A stretch of 63,219 nucleotides of DNA, counting the filler, from Octopus bimaculoides (lineage: Eukaryota), in the NCBI RefSeq assembly GCF_001194135.2. It is 4 parts of 4 records of this genome, joined end to end, with 100 filler letters (N's around TTAATTAATTAA, not from the genome) between each part and the next. Parts side by side here need not be neighbours in the genome. Positions count along the whole stretch, not along the records: positions 19,068 to 37,816 come from NC_068981.1; 3 more parts are not named here. One strand, 5' to 3'. Below are positions 24,791 through 36,217 of the stretch, one piece after another (position 1 is the stretch's first letter; each line of letters opens with the position of its first letter). Below the pieces are notes generated by a model, which had not been told where the DNA came from, did no database searches, and saw only the letters and a program-made list of their open reading frames with translations. A program made the position numbers and the translations under genes.

Positions 24791-24950
24791 AGTGTTCCTA
24801 CACACACTTCAGCATTGTGGTTGTTTGGAGCCCTAATAATAGGTGTTACAAGGAGTTTTGGAAGTACATGTGTGTATGTGTGTATGCATGTATGTATGTA
24901 ATGTATGTATGTATATAAGTAGGTATGTGTGTACATATGTAGATACGTAT

Positions 24951-26510
24951 GTCATTGTTCAGTTTTATTTCAAGATTTCTTGCCAATAGAGAAAGAACCG
25001 GTTTCTAATCTAGATCCAAGGCTCCTTCATTGAAATTTCAACATCAACAACAGGATATTTTTTTTGTTTTTATGTATGTATCATCATCATCATCATCATC
25101 GTTTAAACATCCGCTTTCCATGCTAGCATGGGTAGGACGATTTGACTGAGGACTGGTGAAACCGGATGGCAACACCAGGCTCCAATCTAATTTGGCAGAG
25201 TTTCTACAGCTGGATGCCCTTCCTAACGCCAACCACTCAGAGAGTGTAGTGGGTGCTTTTACGTGTCACTCGCACGAGGGCTAGTCAGGCGATACTGGCA
25301 ACGGCCACGCTCAAAATGGTGTCTTTTATGTGCCACCCGCACAAGAGCCAGTCCAGGGGCACTGGCAACGATCTCGCTCGAAAATCCTATGAAGGCCACT
25401 CAGGCGGTACTGTATGTATATCTTCTCATGTATATAGTTGCATATTTAGACATGCTCATATATATATTTCAATGATAAACTTCTGGAAAGTTTTACAGAT
25501 TTTTACAGTTCCACTGATGGATTGGATCTGTAGTCTTCGAATTAGTTTTCTCCTTTCTGGTTTTGAGAAGCCTAATTTTTCAAGATTGGAATTTAAGCAG
25601 CGTGTTACATATCCCAGATCTCCAATAATTACAGGTATAAACCTGAACTTGTAATCTGGAAAGAGTAACTGCAGATTTCTCAATAGTTCAGCATAGATGT
25701 TCTCTTTTCCACTGATATTCAGCTTTATGTTAACATCCGCTGGACTTCTAATTTCCACAACTGTGCACAGTTTCTCTTCTCTATCCCAAATCATTATATC
25801 AGGTCTATTGTGCTTACATTTTATTGAGGTCTTCACTGGGACATTCCACCAGTGCTCCTTTTTATTATGAGTGGCTATGGCTTCTACCATACTGTGGGTT
25901 CTTATTTCTTTGCTCTCGGGATTATCCTTCCAATGGATTTCATTATAAAGTGTCCTATCTACAACATGATGTTTCATCAGTAGATAATACCATGATGATA
26001 TTTTTGGACAACTGCTTATGATGTGATGTCTTCGGTGTTAATTCCACAAAGTGCGTATCGGTTGTCACATTTTACGGCTTTTCTTGCATCTCTATCCCTT
26101 TTGTGCATCAGGTACTTGGTTGATATATCCTATTCCTGGATTGCGAACACAGACCCTTCGAAGTAGGAGGTAGTAATCCAGCTATTGTTCCATAATAAAC
26201 TGCTTTCATGATCAATGTTACTATCATCTTGGAGCTTTCTACCAACATGTCCATGCATAGTCTTCTGCTCATGTAGGCTCATCCTTTCATCTGATGATAC
26301 GTTGCAGTAAAGTCATGTGGCTTCTTTGGGCATGTATTCTAGGTTATCAGACAAAGAGTGTTGCTCAAGTAGCTGCCTTCCAAGTCTTATGATGTTATCA
26401 GTCTCATGTATGCAAACTTGGTCAAGGGATGCACTTTGACACTTGATGGTTAAAAGATGTTGCTGAAGGGATATGATACGACATTTGAATGTAGTTTGGA
26501 TCGAATGCCT
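24951..26510 (-). mobile_element. R4/Dong family 1 copy, 3'UTR interrupted by an RTE 3'UTR insertion (25078-25410)
   Basis: ORF 25456-25977: HH.V..TLY...KHNRPDIMIWDREEKLCTVVEI.SP...FIPVIIG.LG...LQ...I.GT; 3' end abuts (TATG)n. Confidence 0.85.
25078..25410 (-). mobile_element. RTE 3'UTR-derived repeat (low divergence) nested in an R4/Dong 3'UTR
   Basis: (CAT)n-CGTTTAAACATCCGCTTTCCATGCTAGCATGGG...GGATGCCCTTCCTAACGCCAACC. Confidence 0.85.
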
Positions 26511-26744
26511 GTATGTATGGATAGATGTGTGTGTGTGTGTAGTCAACAGATGAGATCCAGAGATTCTCAGTATAGAAAACAGTAATGTTCAAATGATTCA
26601 AACTTAGATTCCGATGCCTCTACAAGAGACCAATTCTGCAGGGTAAAGAGTGGCGGAAAGAGGAATCAAGGTGAGCAGATATGGAGGCAATTATGCAGAC
26701 AAACAAATTGGATATAACAACTGGGTTTGATAGGAGTGGCTATA

Positions 26745-27130
26745 TAGGCACAGGAGTGGCTGTGTAGTTAGAAGTTTGCTTCCCAATCACATGGTTCCGG
26801 GTTCAGTCCCACTGCGCAGCACCTTGGGTAAGTGTCTTCTACTATAGCTTGGGCTGACCAAAGTTTTTGGTAGTTGGAAACTAAAAGAAGCTCGTCATGT
26901 GTGTATGTGTGTGTATGTATTTGTGTGTCTGTGTTTGTCCCCCCACCATCGCTTGACAACTGATGTTGGTGTGTTTACATCCCTGTAACTTAGCAGTCCA
27001 GTAAAAGAGACTGATAGAACAAGTACTAGGCTTAGAAGAAATAAGTCCTGGGTTCAAACTGTTCGACTAAAGGTGGTGCTCCAGCATGGCCACAGTCAAA
27101 TGACTGAAACAAGTAAAAGAATAAGAGAAT
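26745..27130 (+). mobile_element. SINE family A, full length
   Basis: GGCACAGGAGTGGCTGTGTAG...GGTTCCGGGTTCAGTCCC...TGACTGAAACAAGTAAAAGAAT. Confidence 0.85.
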
Positions 27131-27184
27131 TTGTGCTTACATGAAAACAGAAAGAGAGCAATGAATGAAGATTTTCAGACAATG

Positions 27185-27660
<476 letters not shown>

Positions 27661-27816
27661 GTTGATCTTACTTGACTCAAAATCATGAATATTTAAGTAT
27701 AAATATATAGATATTTATTACATCATATGTAAGCAAACATAAGTGTGTGTTTTGACGCACTGAAATGTATTGTAGTTCCTTATACATGAGGGTTCCTTAC
27801 ACATGTTAAAATACGA

Positions 27817-28117
27817 TAAGTAAAAAGATATATTTTTTCAACGCGTAAGTAATGATAGAACAGCATATATAGGATAAAACGTAATTTCTATTCCATCTAG
27901 TGCTCCTAGATGAGTTTATAAGTTCTAAAATTTCAGAAGAATTTGTCAGTGGGTAGTTTAGCTTAAATGGTAAAGCACCTTGACCGGAAATTAAAGGAAT
28001 ATGAATTTGAGTTTCATGGCTGGTTGCTGACAGATTTTTCTGCTCTGTAAGGATTTTATCCTATATATGCTGTTCTCTCAGTATTTACGAGTTGGAAAAA
28101 TATATCTTTCTACTTGT
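27817..28117. mobile_element. Foldback element enclosing a decayed tRNA-like module (27951-28026)
   Basis: Perfect 22-bp inverted repeat 27858-27879 / 28054-28075, extending imperfectly to ~27817 / 28117; central TAGCTTAAATGG (A box) and ATTTGAGTTTC (decayed B box). Confidence 0.65.
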
Positions 28118-28339
28118 AATAAATAGTTATATATCAACAGATCAAACTTACACAGAGTACAAAATGACAGCGAAAATTAAAGGGGAGGATGTAGGGTGTT
28201 GTAAGCCCAACAACTGTTTCTAGGGGCTTGGAGATCTTGGTAGATGTAGTTCATTAGAATATGCAGCCAGTAATGGAAGCAATAACTATTGGATAAATCT
28301 AGCCTCAGTCATCAGGGAAGAAACAAAATCTTACATTTC

Positions 28340-28450
28340 AGGTCATGATGCAGAGAAGATACTTGCCAAAGATGTCAAAGGTGTCATGTGGTAGGATTGA
28401 ACCTGGAACCATTTGGTTGAAAAACAAGCTTCTTAACCACGTAGCCATGC
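28340..28450 (-). mobile_element. SINE family A head fragment
   Basis: GATACTTGCCAAAG...GATTGAACCTGGAACCATTTGGTTG...AACCACGTAGCCATG. Confidence 0.6.
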
Positions 28451-28629
28451 TTGCACCTATATGTAACCTTTATTTTGTCTGACAGTCAAATGGATTTATC
28501 TACCAATGAGAAACTTTCCTATTTCATCTCTCTCTTATACTCTAACCTCTCACCTGGCACATGGTCACTTCTCTTAGTTCTAGTCTCTCTCTCTCAGCTG
28601 AGAGGTCTTTGTCTTGCAAGCTATTTGGA

Positions 28630-28832
28630 AACCCCACTGGTGCTGGTGCCACATAAAAAGCACCCAGTACACTCTGTAGAGTGGTTGGCATTAGGAAAGG
28701 CATCCAGCTGTAGAAACCATGCCAAAACAGACAATTGGAACCTGTTGTGGCTTCTGGCTTTGCAAGTTCCTGTAAAACTGTCCAGCCTATGCCAGCATGG
28801 GAAACAGATATATGACGATGATGATGATGACA
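28630..28832 (+). mobile_element. RTE 3'UTR-derived repeat
   Basis: GGTGCCACATAAAAAGCACCCAG...CCAGCATGGG...GATGATGATG. Confidence 0.8.
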
Positions 28833-29844
28833 GCTGTAATAAAACAAATCGTTTCATCTATTATTCTTTATGGCATTATTTTGGTCAAAGCAATCTATTT
28901 GTACAAAAATCTTACACGTGATGTGTTTAAAACTAATGTCCAAATCCTTGGATGACTGCAAAATAAATTGTTAAAAAGCTGCAACACAACAGGTCATGGC
29001 ATTTCTTGATTGTTCTCTCACCTGGCAGGACATTAACCTTTGTTTTAAGACATATTTGTGATGACTTGTAAGAAGCAAACAACACATTCAGTGATAAAGG
29101 TTGAGAAAATAAGGAAAGAAAACAAATACGAAAAAGACAGAAAAATAAAAACCTAAAGCAAAAAAAAAAAACCATGTCATTTACCTGTAGTGAATGCAAA
29201 TCTGATTTATAACAGTCTAAATATGTGACAGTGCCAAAAAGATTAGTAAAATATTGGATACACTATTCTGATATCCACTTGAAAAATGGTATATTTTGGC
29301 AGTTTACCCAGTAAGCATATGTTGTGGCTGCTGCTGCTGTTGTTTTTGTTGGTGTCGCGGTAGTCATTGTGGCTGCTGTTATTGCTGCAGTAGTTGTTGC
29401 TTTTGCTGTTGTTGTTGTTGTTGTTGTCAGATACTATGCTTGAAAAGTGAATGAAAAGATTAGAGCACAAAACATCTGTGCTTGGAATGGAATGTCGTTC
29501 TACAGATGTTTTTCATTTCCCACCTGGCCATAAAGAAAAAAAAAACAAGGACAAGAAATAAACAATAAACAGAACCAAAAAAAAAAAACAACATTCTCAT
29601 AATGTGCAATGTTAGGAACTTCCATTAGGTTTATTTTGACTAAATCATAAAAATCTCTCATTAGGCTTGTCCTCATTGAAATTAATTGGCAAAGTTGGTT
29701 GGTAAATTGATAGAGTTGCAAAAGCATCAGATAAAACTCCTTTGCTTGCTGTATTTATTCCAGCAGTTTTGAGTTCTGAGTTCTAATCTCACCAATGTCA
29801 ACTTTACCTTATATCCTTCCTGGCCTGAATACAAAAGTTCCATT

Positions 29845-30008
29845 GCCAAAGTGGTTGGCATTAGGAAGGGGCATCCAGTCATTAAAAACCTTGCCAAAAC
29901 CGATTCTGGAGTTTGATGCCATCTTGTAGCTCACTGGAATCTGTCAAATTGTCTGAGCCATGTTGACATGGAAAGCAGAAGTTAAATGTTTATGATGCCG
30001 ATGATGAA
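29845..30008 (+). mobile_element. RTE 3'UTR-derived repeat, decayed
   Basis: GTGGTTGGCATTAGGAAGGGGCATCCAG...CATGGAAAGCAGAAGTTAAA. Confidence 0.7.
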
Positions 30009-30011
30009 GAT

Positions 30012-30051
<40 letters not shown>

Positions 30052-30054
30052 TAT

Positions 30055-30270
30055 TCTTTTTTTTTCTTTTATTTGTTTCAGTCATTTGACTGTGGCCATG
30101 CTGGAGCATCGCCTTTAGCCGAACAAATTGATCCCAGGACTTATTTTTTGTAAGCCTAGTACTTATTCTATCGGTCTCTTTTTGCTGAACCGCTAGGTTA
30201 CGGGGACATGAACACACCAACATTGGTTGTCAAGCGATGTTGGAGGACAAACACAGACACACAAACATAC
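30055..30270 (-). mobile_element. SINE family A, 3' half
   Basis: TTTGTTTCAGTCATTTGACTGTGGCCATGCTGGAGCA...AACATTGGTTGTCAAGCG. Confidence 0.8.
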
Positions 30271-30811
30271 ACACACACACACACACACACACGCTCATAC
30301 ACACACACACACACACACGCTCATACACACACACACACACACAATGTATATAATGAGAAGGTTATTTGTTGGTATTTGTATCTCATATTCATGCTATATG
30401 GTTATGTCGTACATAAGTCTGATCTGCCTGTTTATTGGTTTTGTCATAAACTTGTGTACATATGACATCGATGAAGATTATTTCATTGAATAACCACTTG
30501 AATAATTTCTGTGAATAATATCGGAATCGAACCAGACAGAATTGAGATTTTGCTGACGTGAGAGTATTTTGTCATCACTTGCCACGTGATGACGTGTCAG
30601 TGACAAATTACTTGCCAACCAACTAAAAGAGAGGGCGATCACTCATTTGTTAAGCAGAGACAAAGACTGACGCTTCAGCTCAAAGAAAACAACGACAGCA
30701 GCAGCAACAGCAACAACAACAACAGCAGCAGCAGCAGTAACAATAACAGCAACAACAACAATAACACCAGGCGACTGATGGAGATAAACCACTACCAGCA
30801 CACCCCACACC

Positions 30812-30847
<36 letters not shown>

Positions 30848-30848
30848 C

Positions 30849-30990
30849 ATTCACCATGATAGATCGTTTGCCACTAAACCTTTTTCTATTTTCTCTCCCT
30901 GGTTATTTCTGTGTTCCTTTCTGTCAAAGAGCATAGGCTCGAAATGTAAAAGACTTTCTCACTTCCCAAGTGTTAAACTAATCCATCTGT
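30849..30990 (+). repeat. Dispersed repeat with a variant-core hammerhead-like fold (30917-30952); second truncated copy at 1680-1770
   Basis: CTTT-CTGTCAA-A-GAGC ATAG GCTC-GAAA-TG-TA-AAAG. Shares CATTCACCATGAT.GATCG...TTATTTCTGTGTTCCTTTCTGT with 1680-1770. Confidence 0.45.
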
Positions 30991-31024
30991 TTGTTGTTTT
31001 GCCAGTGGAGCGCTAACAGCTCCA

Positions 31025-31452
31025 TCCAAGCATGATCATTGCCAAAACAGCTGTCTGGCTTCCATGCCGGCGGCATGTAAATAACACCATTTGAGCGTGA
31101 CCGTTACCAGTGTTGCCTTACCGGCACATGTGCCGGTGGCACGTGAACAAAACATTCGGGCGAGGTCATTGCCAGTGCTGCTGGACTGACTCGTGTGCAG
31201 GTGGCACATAAAAAACACATCTGAGCGTGGCCATTGCCAGTACCACCAGACTGGCCCTCGTGCCGGTGGCACGTAAAAGCACCCACTACACTCTCGGAGT
31301 GGTTGGCGTTAGGAAGGGCATCCAGCTGTAGAAACTCTGCCAGATCAGATTGGAGCCTGGTACAGCCATCTGGTTCGCCAGTCCTCAGTCAAATCACCCA
31401 ACTCATGCTAGCATGAAAAGCAGATGTTAAACAATGATGATGATGATGATGA
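31025..31452 (+). mobile_element. RTE 3'UTR-derived repeat with several subrepeats
   Basis: GCCGGTGGCACGTAAAAGCACCCACTACAC...CAGATGTTAAACAATGATGATG. Confidence 0.85.
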
Positions 31453-31493
31453 TGGCACCCGTTTTCGTCTTTTGTTTTTTTGTAAATTCTCAC

Positions 31494-31530
<37 letters not shown>

Positions 31531-31532
<2 letters not shown>

Positions 31533-31974
31533 AGGACTGCCACATCATGTTGGCAAATAATATTTACTCCAGAGTACTGTTACTGAATGTTTCTCATTAA
31601 GAGATTTAGAAATAATAATTTCTCTATTTATGAGATCAGTGACTGTGTGTTAGTTTGAAAAGTGTATATTTCGAACAAGAATTTAGTGGCACCATCTCTA
31701 TCCAAGCAATTATTCTGTGCTGATGAAGAGAAATAACCCACAAACCATTGGTACACAGATATTGATCTGAGCTGAGTGGGGGCACTAAACTCCCTTGTTT
31801 GAAAATATAAGGGCGCAGAGAGTGCATCCAATAGCCAGCTAGAGACAATGTTTCCTGGAGCTAAATAACAGTAACATTCATCCTAACCAGGACTGCCACA
31901 TTATTTTGGCAAATTATATTTACTCTAGAGTACTCTTACTGAATGTTTCTTGTTCAGAGATTTACAAATAATAA

Positions 31975-31981
<7 letters not shown>
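31531..31981 (+). mobile_element. ~1.26 copies of a 357-bp unit with a decayed hammerhead fold (retrozyme/pLTR-like)
   Basis: Direct repeat of ~94 bp at 31531-31624 and 31888-31981. Internal TCTGTG-CTGATGA-AGAG AAATAA CCCA-CAAA-CCATTGG-TA-CACAGA at 31714-31759. Confidence 0.5.
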
Positions 31982-32032
<51 letters not shown>

Positions 32033-32339
32033 TGCTAATAACGTCTTTTTTTAAATGCATACATTGCCAAAACGCACACATATGAGCCTATCAAGGGTTG
32101 ATCAACATGCTAGAATGTAACTCCTTTCTGGTAAATTCTCCCCTGATGAAATATCCAACCAACCTGTTTCAACATGAAAATTTTAAATTGATTTAATTTA
32201 ATTTAAGTTCTGTAATTGAACTAATTGGAGATGGAAACGGTTGTAGGGATAAGAATTTCATATTATATTGATTTGAATATCTTTGAATAAACTGATGTCT
32301 ATATGTCCATTTCTTTCTTTTTCTCATTCATATATATTA

Positions 32340-33497
32340 GGGCCACCTTCAGTCATGGTTGACCATGGGTATCACATCTGTCCATTTATTGTCTAGGTTG
32401 GGCTGCTTGGCTTGAGCAGCGCCCATTGTGGCTATGTAGACCAATGCAAGAACAACAGTCTCGGTCGCATAGATCGCATCTGTGGATTCTGGTCTGTCGG
32501 CCGTCGATCCCTTATGTCAGGCTCGCTTTTCTGCAGCTGACAGCTTCTCTTCACCGATCCGAAGTTGTTTGAGAAGTGTGCTTTTTCACCTGGTCCGGTC
32601 CACTGTCAAGTCCTCCCAGGAGTTGATGTTGATGTTGAGTGCCTTCATGTCTCACCTGCACACGCCCTTATACTTCAGCTGAGGGCAGCCCTTGTTTCTC
32701 TGTCCTGCTGTGAGTTCTCCATAGAGAATGTCCTTTGGGATTCGTCCGTCCTCCATACGGCGAACGTAGCCAAGCCAGCATAGTCGACATTGTCTCAGCA
32801 AGGTGTACATGGAAGGGAGGCCAGCATGAGTTAGGACGTCAGTGTTGGTCACCTTGTCCTGGCAGGAGATGCCAAGTATGCATCGTAGGCTTCTGAGATG
32901 GAAGCTGTTCAACTTTTTTTCCTGACGGGCGTATATGGTCCATGTCTCACTGCCATACAACAGGGTTCTGAGGACACAGGCATTGTACACAGCCATTTTT
33001 AGGAGAGTGTTGTAGTTTGCTTGAAGCATTGTGAATTGTTTGTAAAGAATAAAAAGTTTTGAATGGTACAACAATGCACTATAATACAAAAAATGGACTA
33101 TATACCTGTTGTAATTTCGATATCCATAGTCTGATGATATTTCAGAATAAAATTCCTTCTTCAGATATTCTTAGATAGAGTCGCTGCTATAATTGGTTTT
33201 CCATCAACTTTGGGTTTATCCATACTCTTGATGTGAGGCGCATGAGTGTAGTGGCTGCCTTCCCAATTCTCTTGTCAATCTCGGCATCGAGAGAGAGGTT
33301 GTTGGTGATGGTGGACCCAACGTAGGTGAATTGATGAACAACTTCAAGTTTGTAGTCATCGATGGTGACAGCTTGTTGGGCTGGTGTGCCTTGCACCAGG
33401 ACGGTTGTCTTCTTCAGGCTGATGGTCAGCCCAAAGTCCTTGCAGGCCTGGGAGAAGTGGTCCATTAGCAGCTGCAGCTCCCATTGGGTGTGGGTCG
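32340..33497 (-). mobile_element. RTE (BovB-like) LINE, RT C-terminal half, with a foreign insert at ~33040-33192
   Basis: GLTISLKKT.VL, FTYVGS, RIGKAA, LLYGSETWT, WLGYVRRMEDGRIPKDILYGEL motifs. Confidence 0.9.
33040..33192. repeat. Unclassified dispersed repeat, second copy at 36871-37021
   Basis: GTAAAGAAT..AAAGTTTTGAATGGTACAACAATG...GGACTATATACCTGTTGTAATTTCG shared by both copies. Confidence 0.8.
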
Positions 33498-33501
33498 TAA
33501 C

Positions 33502-33532
<31 letters not shown>

Positions 33533-33554
33533 GTGTGTGTGTGTGTGTGTATCT

Positions 33555-33860
33555 CCATCAGCTACGACAATGAGGGTCCCAGCTGATAGAGTCAACGGAA
33601 CAGCTTGCTCGTGAAATTAACGTGCAAGTGGCTGAGCACTCCACAGACACATGTACCCTTAACGCAGTTCTCGGAGATATTCAGTGTGACAAGGCTGGCC
33701 CTTTGAAATACAGATACTACTCATTTTTTTTGCCAGCTGAGTGGACTGGAGCAATGTGAAATAAAGTGACTTGCTCAACGTCACATGTCGCCAGGAATTG
33801 AACTCATGACCTTACAATTGTGAGCCGAATGCCCTAACCACTAAGCCGAGCACCTTCACA
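33555..33860 (-). mobile_element. SINE family C-related
   Basis: Head GGCTTAGTGGTTAGGGCATTCGG...GAGTTCAATTCC, central TTGCTCCAGTCCACTCAGCTG, 3' CACTTGCACGTTAATTTCACGAG. Confidence 0.8.
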
Positions 33861-33904
33861 CACACACATATACATACATGCACACCCACACACATTATAT
33901 ACAA

Positions 33905-34300
33905 AGGAGCAGGCATGGCTGTGTGGTAAGAAATTTGCTTCCCAACCACATAGTCCTGGGTTCAGTTTTATTGCATGGCCCCTTAGGCAAGTGTCTTCTA
34001 CTCTAGCCTTGGACTGACCAAAGCCTTGCGAGTGGATTTGGTAAATGGAAACTGAAAGAAGCCTGTCATACATATGTGTGAGTGTGTACTTGCTCCCCAC
34101 CACTGCTTGACAGCCAGTGTTGATATGTTTACATCCCTGTAACTTAGCAGTTTGACAAAAGAGATCAATAGAATAAGAGTGTCAGGCTTAAAAAAAGAAA
34201 CATGTACAGGCGTTGATTCATTCAATTAAAAAATTCTTCAAGGTGGTGCCCCAGCATGGCCACAGTCTAATGACTGAAACATGTAAAAGACAAAAAGATA
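33905..34300 (+). mobile_element. SINE family A, full length
   Basis: GGAGCAGGCATGGCTGTGTGG...GTGGATTTGGTAAATGGAAACTGAAAGAAGCC...GACTGAAACATGTAAAAGA. Confidence 0.85.
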
Positions 34301-34478
34301 AAAGCTATCCATTACACCATGGTAGATGGAATTACCGTTTTCTTGCTAAACAGAGAATTTCTTGGATGGATGAGATGCGTGCAATTGCTTTTGCACTGAA
34401 GTGTTTCTTATCAGAGAAACACGATGACAGCCGAGGCAGAGGAATGAAAGGGAGCAAAGCAGGCTGTCAAGTAGCAGG

Positions 34479-34479
<1 letters not shown>

Positions 34480-34518
<39 letters not shown>

Positions 34519-35030
34519 AATGTATGTACACATCCACACACACACACATACATCGGTATATGTACACACACACACACACACACACTAGTAAATGTACGCA
34601 CACACACACACACACACACTGGTATATGTATGCACACATCCACACACACACTCACACACTAGTAAATGTACGTGCACGCACTAGTAAATGTATGCACACA
34701 CACACACACTCACACTGGTATATGTATTTCTACAACACATACACACACACTAGTACATGTACACATGTGTGCGTGCACACATACAAACTCATACACCAAC
34801 ACTGGTATATGTATGCACACATACACATGTACACACATACACACACACACTAGTATACGTACACATGTACACATGCATGTATGCACACCGCCCCCCACAC
34901 ACACTGGTATATGTACACACACATTCACACACACACACTGGTATATGTATGCACACATATGTTGGGGGGGGGAACACAGACACACATACATATACATACA
35001 CATACACATATATATACATATGTATATATA
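34480..35030 (+). repeat. Compound minisatellite of CACTAGTAAATGTA / CACTGGTATATGTA blocks and (CA)n
   Basis: More than 12 alternating blocks separated by variable (CA)n. Confidence 0.9.
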
Positions 35031-35190
35031 CGACGGGCTTCTTTCAGTTTCCGTCTACCAAATCCACTCATGAGGCTTTGGTCGGCCCAAGGCTATAGTA
35101 GAAGACACTTGCCCAAGGTGCCACGCAGTGGGACTGAACCCGGAACCATGTGGTTCGTAAGCAAGCTACTTACCACACAGCCACTCCTAC
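34960..35190 (-). mobile_element. SINE family A, 5' half (low divergence)
   Basis: CGACGGGCTTCTTTCAGTTTCCGTCTACCAAATCCACTC...CCACACAGCCACTCCT. Confidence 0.85.
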
Positions 35191-35676
35191 ATCTATTCAT
35201 TCATTTCAGATCCTTAGCATTAGCAAGTGGCCCCAGCCATGAAATCCATGCCAAAGTGGATCCTGTCACACCGCCCAGCCTGGATCACAGATGTTAGATG
35301 AGGACGATGGTTGTTCTTTTATTCTTTTATTTCNNNNNNNNNNNNNNNNNNNNNNNNNNNNNNNNNNNNNNNNNNNNNNNNNNNNNNNNNNNNNNNNNNN
35401 NNNNNNNNNNNNNNNNNNNNNNNNNNNNNNNNNNNNNNNNNNNNNNNNNNNNNNNNNNNNNNNNNNNNNNNNNNNNNNNNNNNNNNNNNNNNNNNNNNNN
35501 NNNNNNNNNNNNNNNNNNNNNNNNNNNNNNNNNNNNNNNNNNNNNNNNNNNNNNNNNNNNNNNNNNNNNNNNNNNNNNNNNNNNNNNNNNNNNNNNNNNN
35601 NNNNNNNNNNNNNNNNNNNNNNNNNNNNNNNNNNNNNNNNNNNNNNNNNNNNNNNNNNNNNNNNNNNNNNNNNNNN

Positions 35677-35855
35677 NTACACATATATATACATATGTAT
35701 ATATACGACGGGCTTCTTTCAGTTTCCGTCTACCAAATGCACTCACAAGGCTTTGGTCGGCCTGAGGCTATAGTAGAAGATACTTGCCCAAGGTGCCATG
35801 CAGTGGGACTGAACCTGAGACCATGTGGTTGGGAAGCAAGGTTTTTACCACACAG
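35677..35855 (-). mobile_element. SINE family A, 5' half
   Basis: Same block as 34995-35190, adjoining an N gap. Confidence 0.8.
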
Positions 35856-35954
35856 CAGATCCTGCGCTTATGATGATGATACTTTGCAGATTTTCTGTTT
35901 GTTGTCTGGCAGATTCATTAAGCATGAAACAACAGTGGTTGAAATAATAATGGT

Positions 35955-36150
35955 TTCAAATTTTGGCACAAAACCAGTAATTTCAGGATGGGGTTAAGTT
36001 GATTACATCAACCCCAGTACTTGACAGGTACTATTTTCTTGTCCTCACAAAGGATGACAGGCAAAGTCAACCTTGGTGGAATTTGAACTCAGAGCGTAAA
36101 GTCTGATGAAACACCTGTAAGCATTTTCCCTGGGTTGCCAATGGTTCTGC
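35955..36150 (-). mobile_element. SINE family B
   Basis: GGCAAAGTCAACCTTGGTGGAATTTGAACTCAGAGCG block. Confidence 0.75.
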
Positions 36151-36217
36151 CTGTTTGCTGCCTTAGTGATTGGAATGACAGCTTTATCATGTTACTGCTA
36201 ATAACCTGGGATAATCC

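Noticed and set aside
29022-29064. 43-nt minus-strand micro-exon (AAG acceptor, CAG/GTGAGA donor)
   Set aside because: The acceptor is weak, and its only open ATG gives phase 0, which does not fit the SLC16 exon.
29243-29470. Asn-rich ORF with splice-like signals
   Set aside because: It is driven by (AAC/AGC)n, has an upstream in-frame TGA and no ATG, and its phase-1 end does not fit the SLC16 exon.
33125-33155. CTGATGA-TATT TCAG AATA-AAA hammerhead-like string
   Set aside because: There is no GAAA or stem I/III, and the paralogue at 36961 reads CCGATGA.
34480-35030. Repeat-spacer-like alternation of conserved blocks
   Set aside because: The spacers are just (CA)n of variable length, so this is a compound minisatellite.
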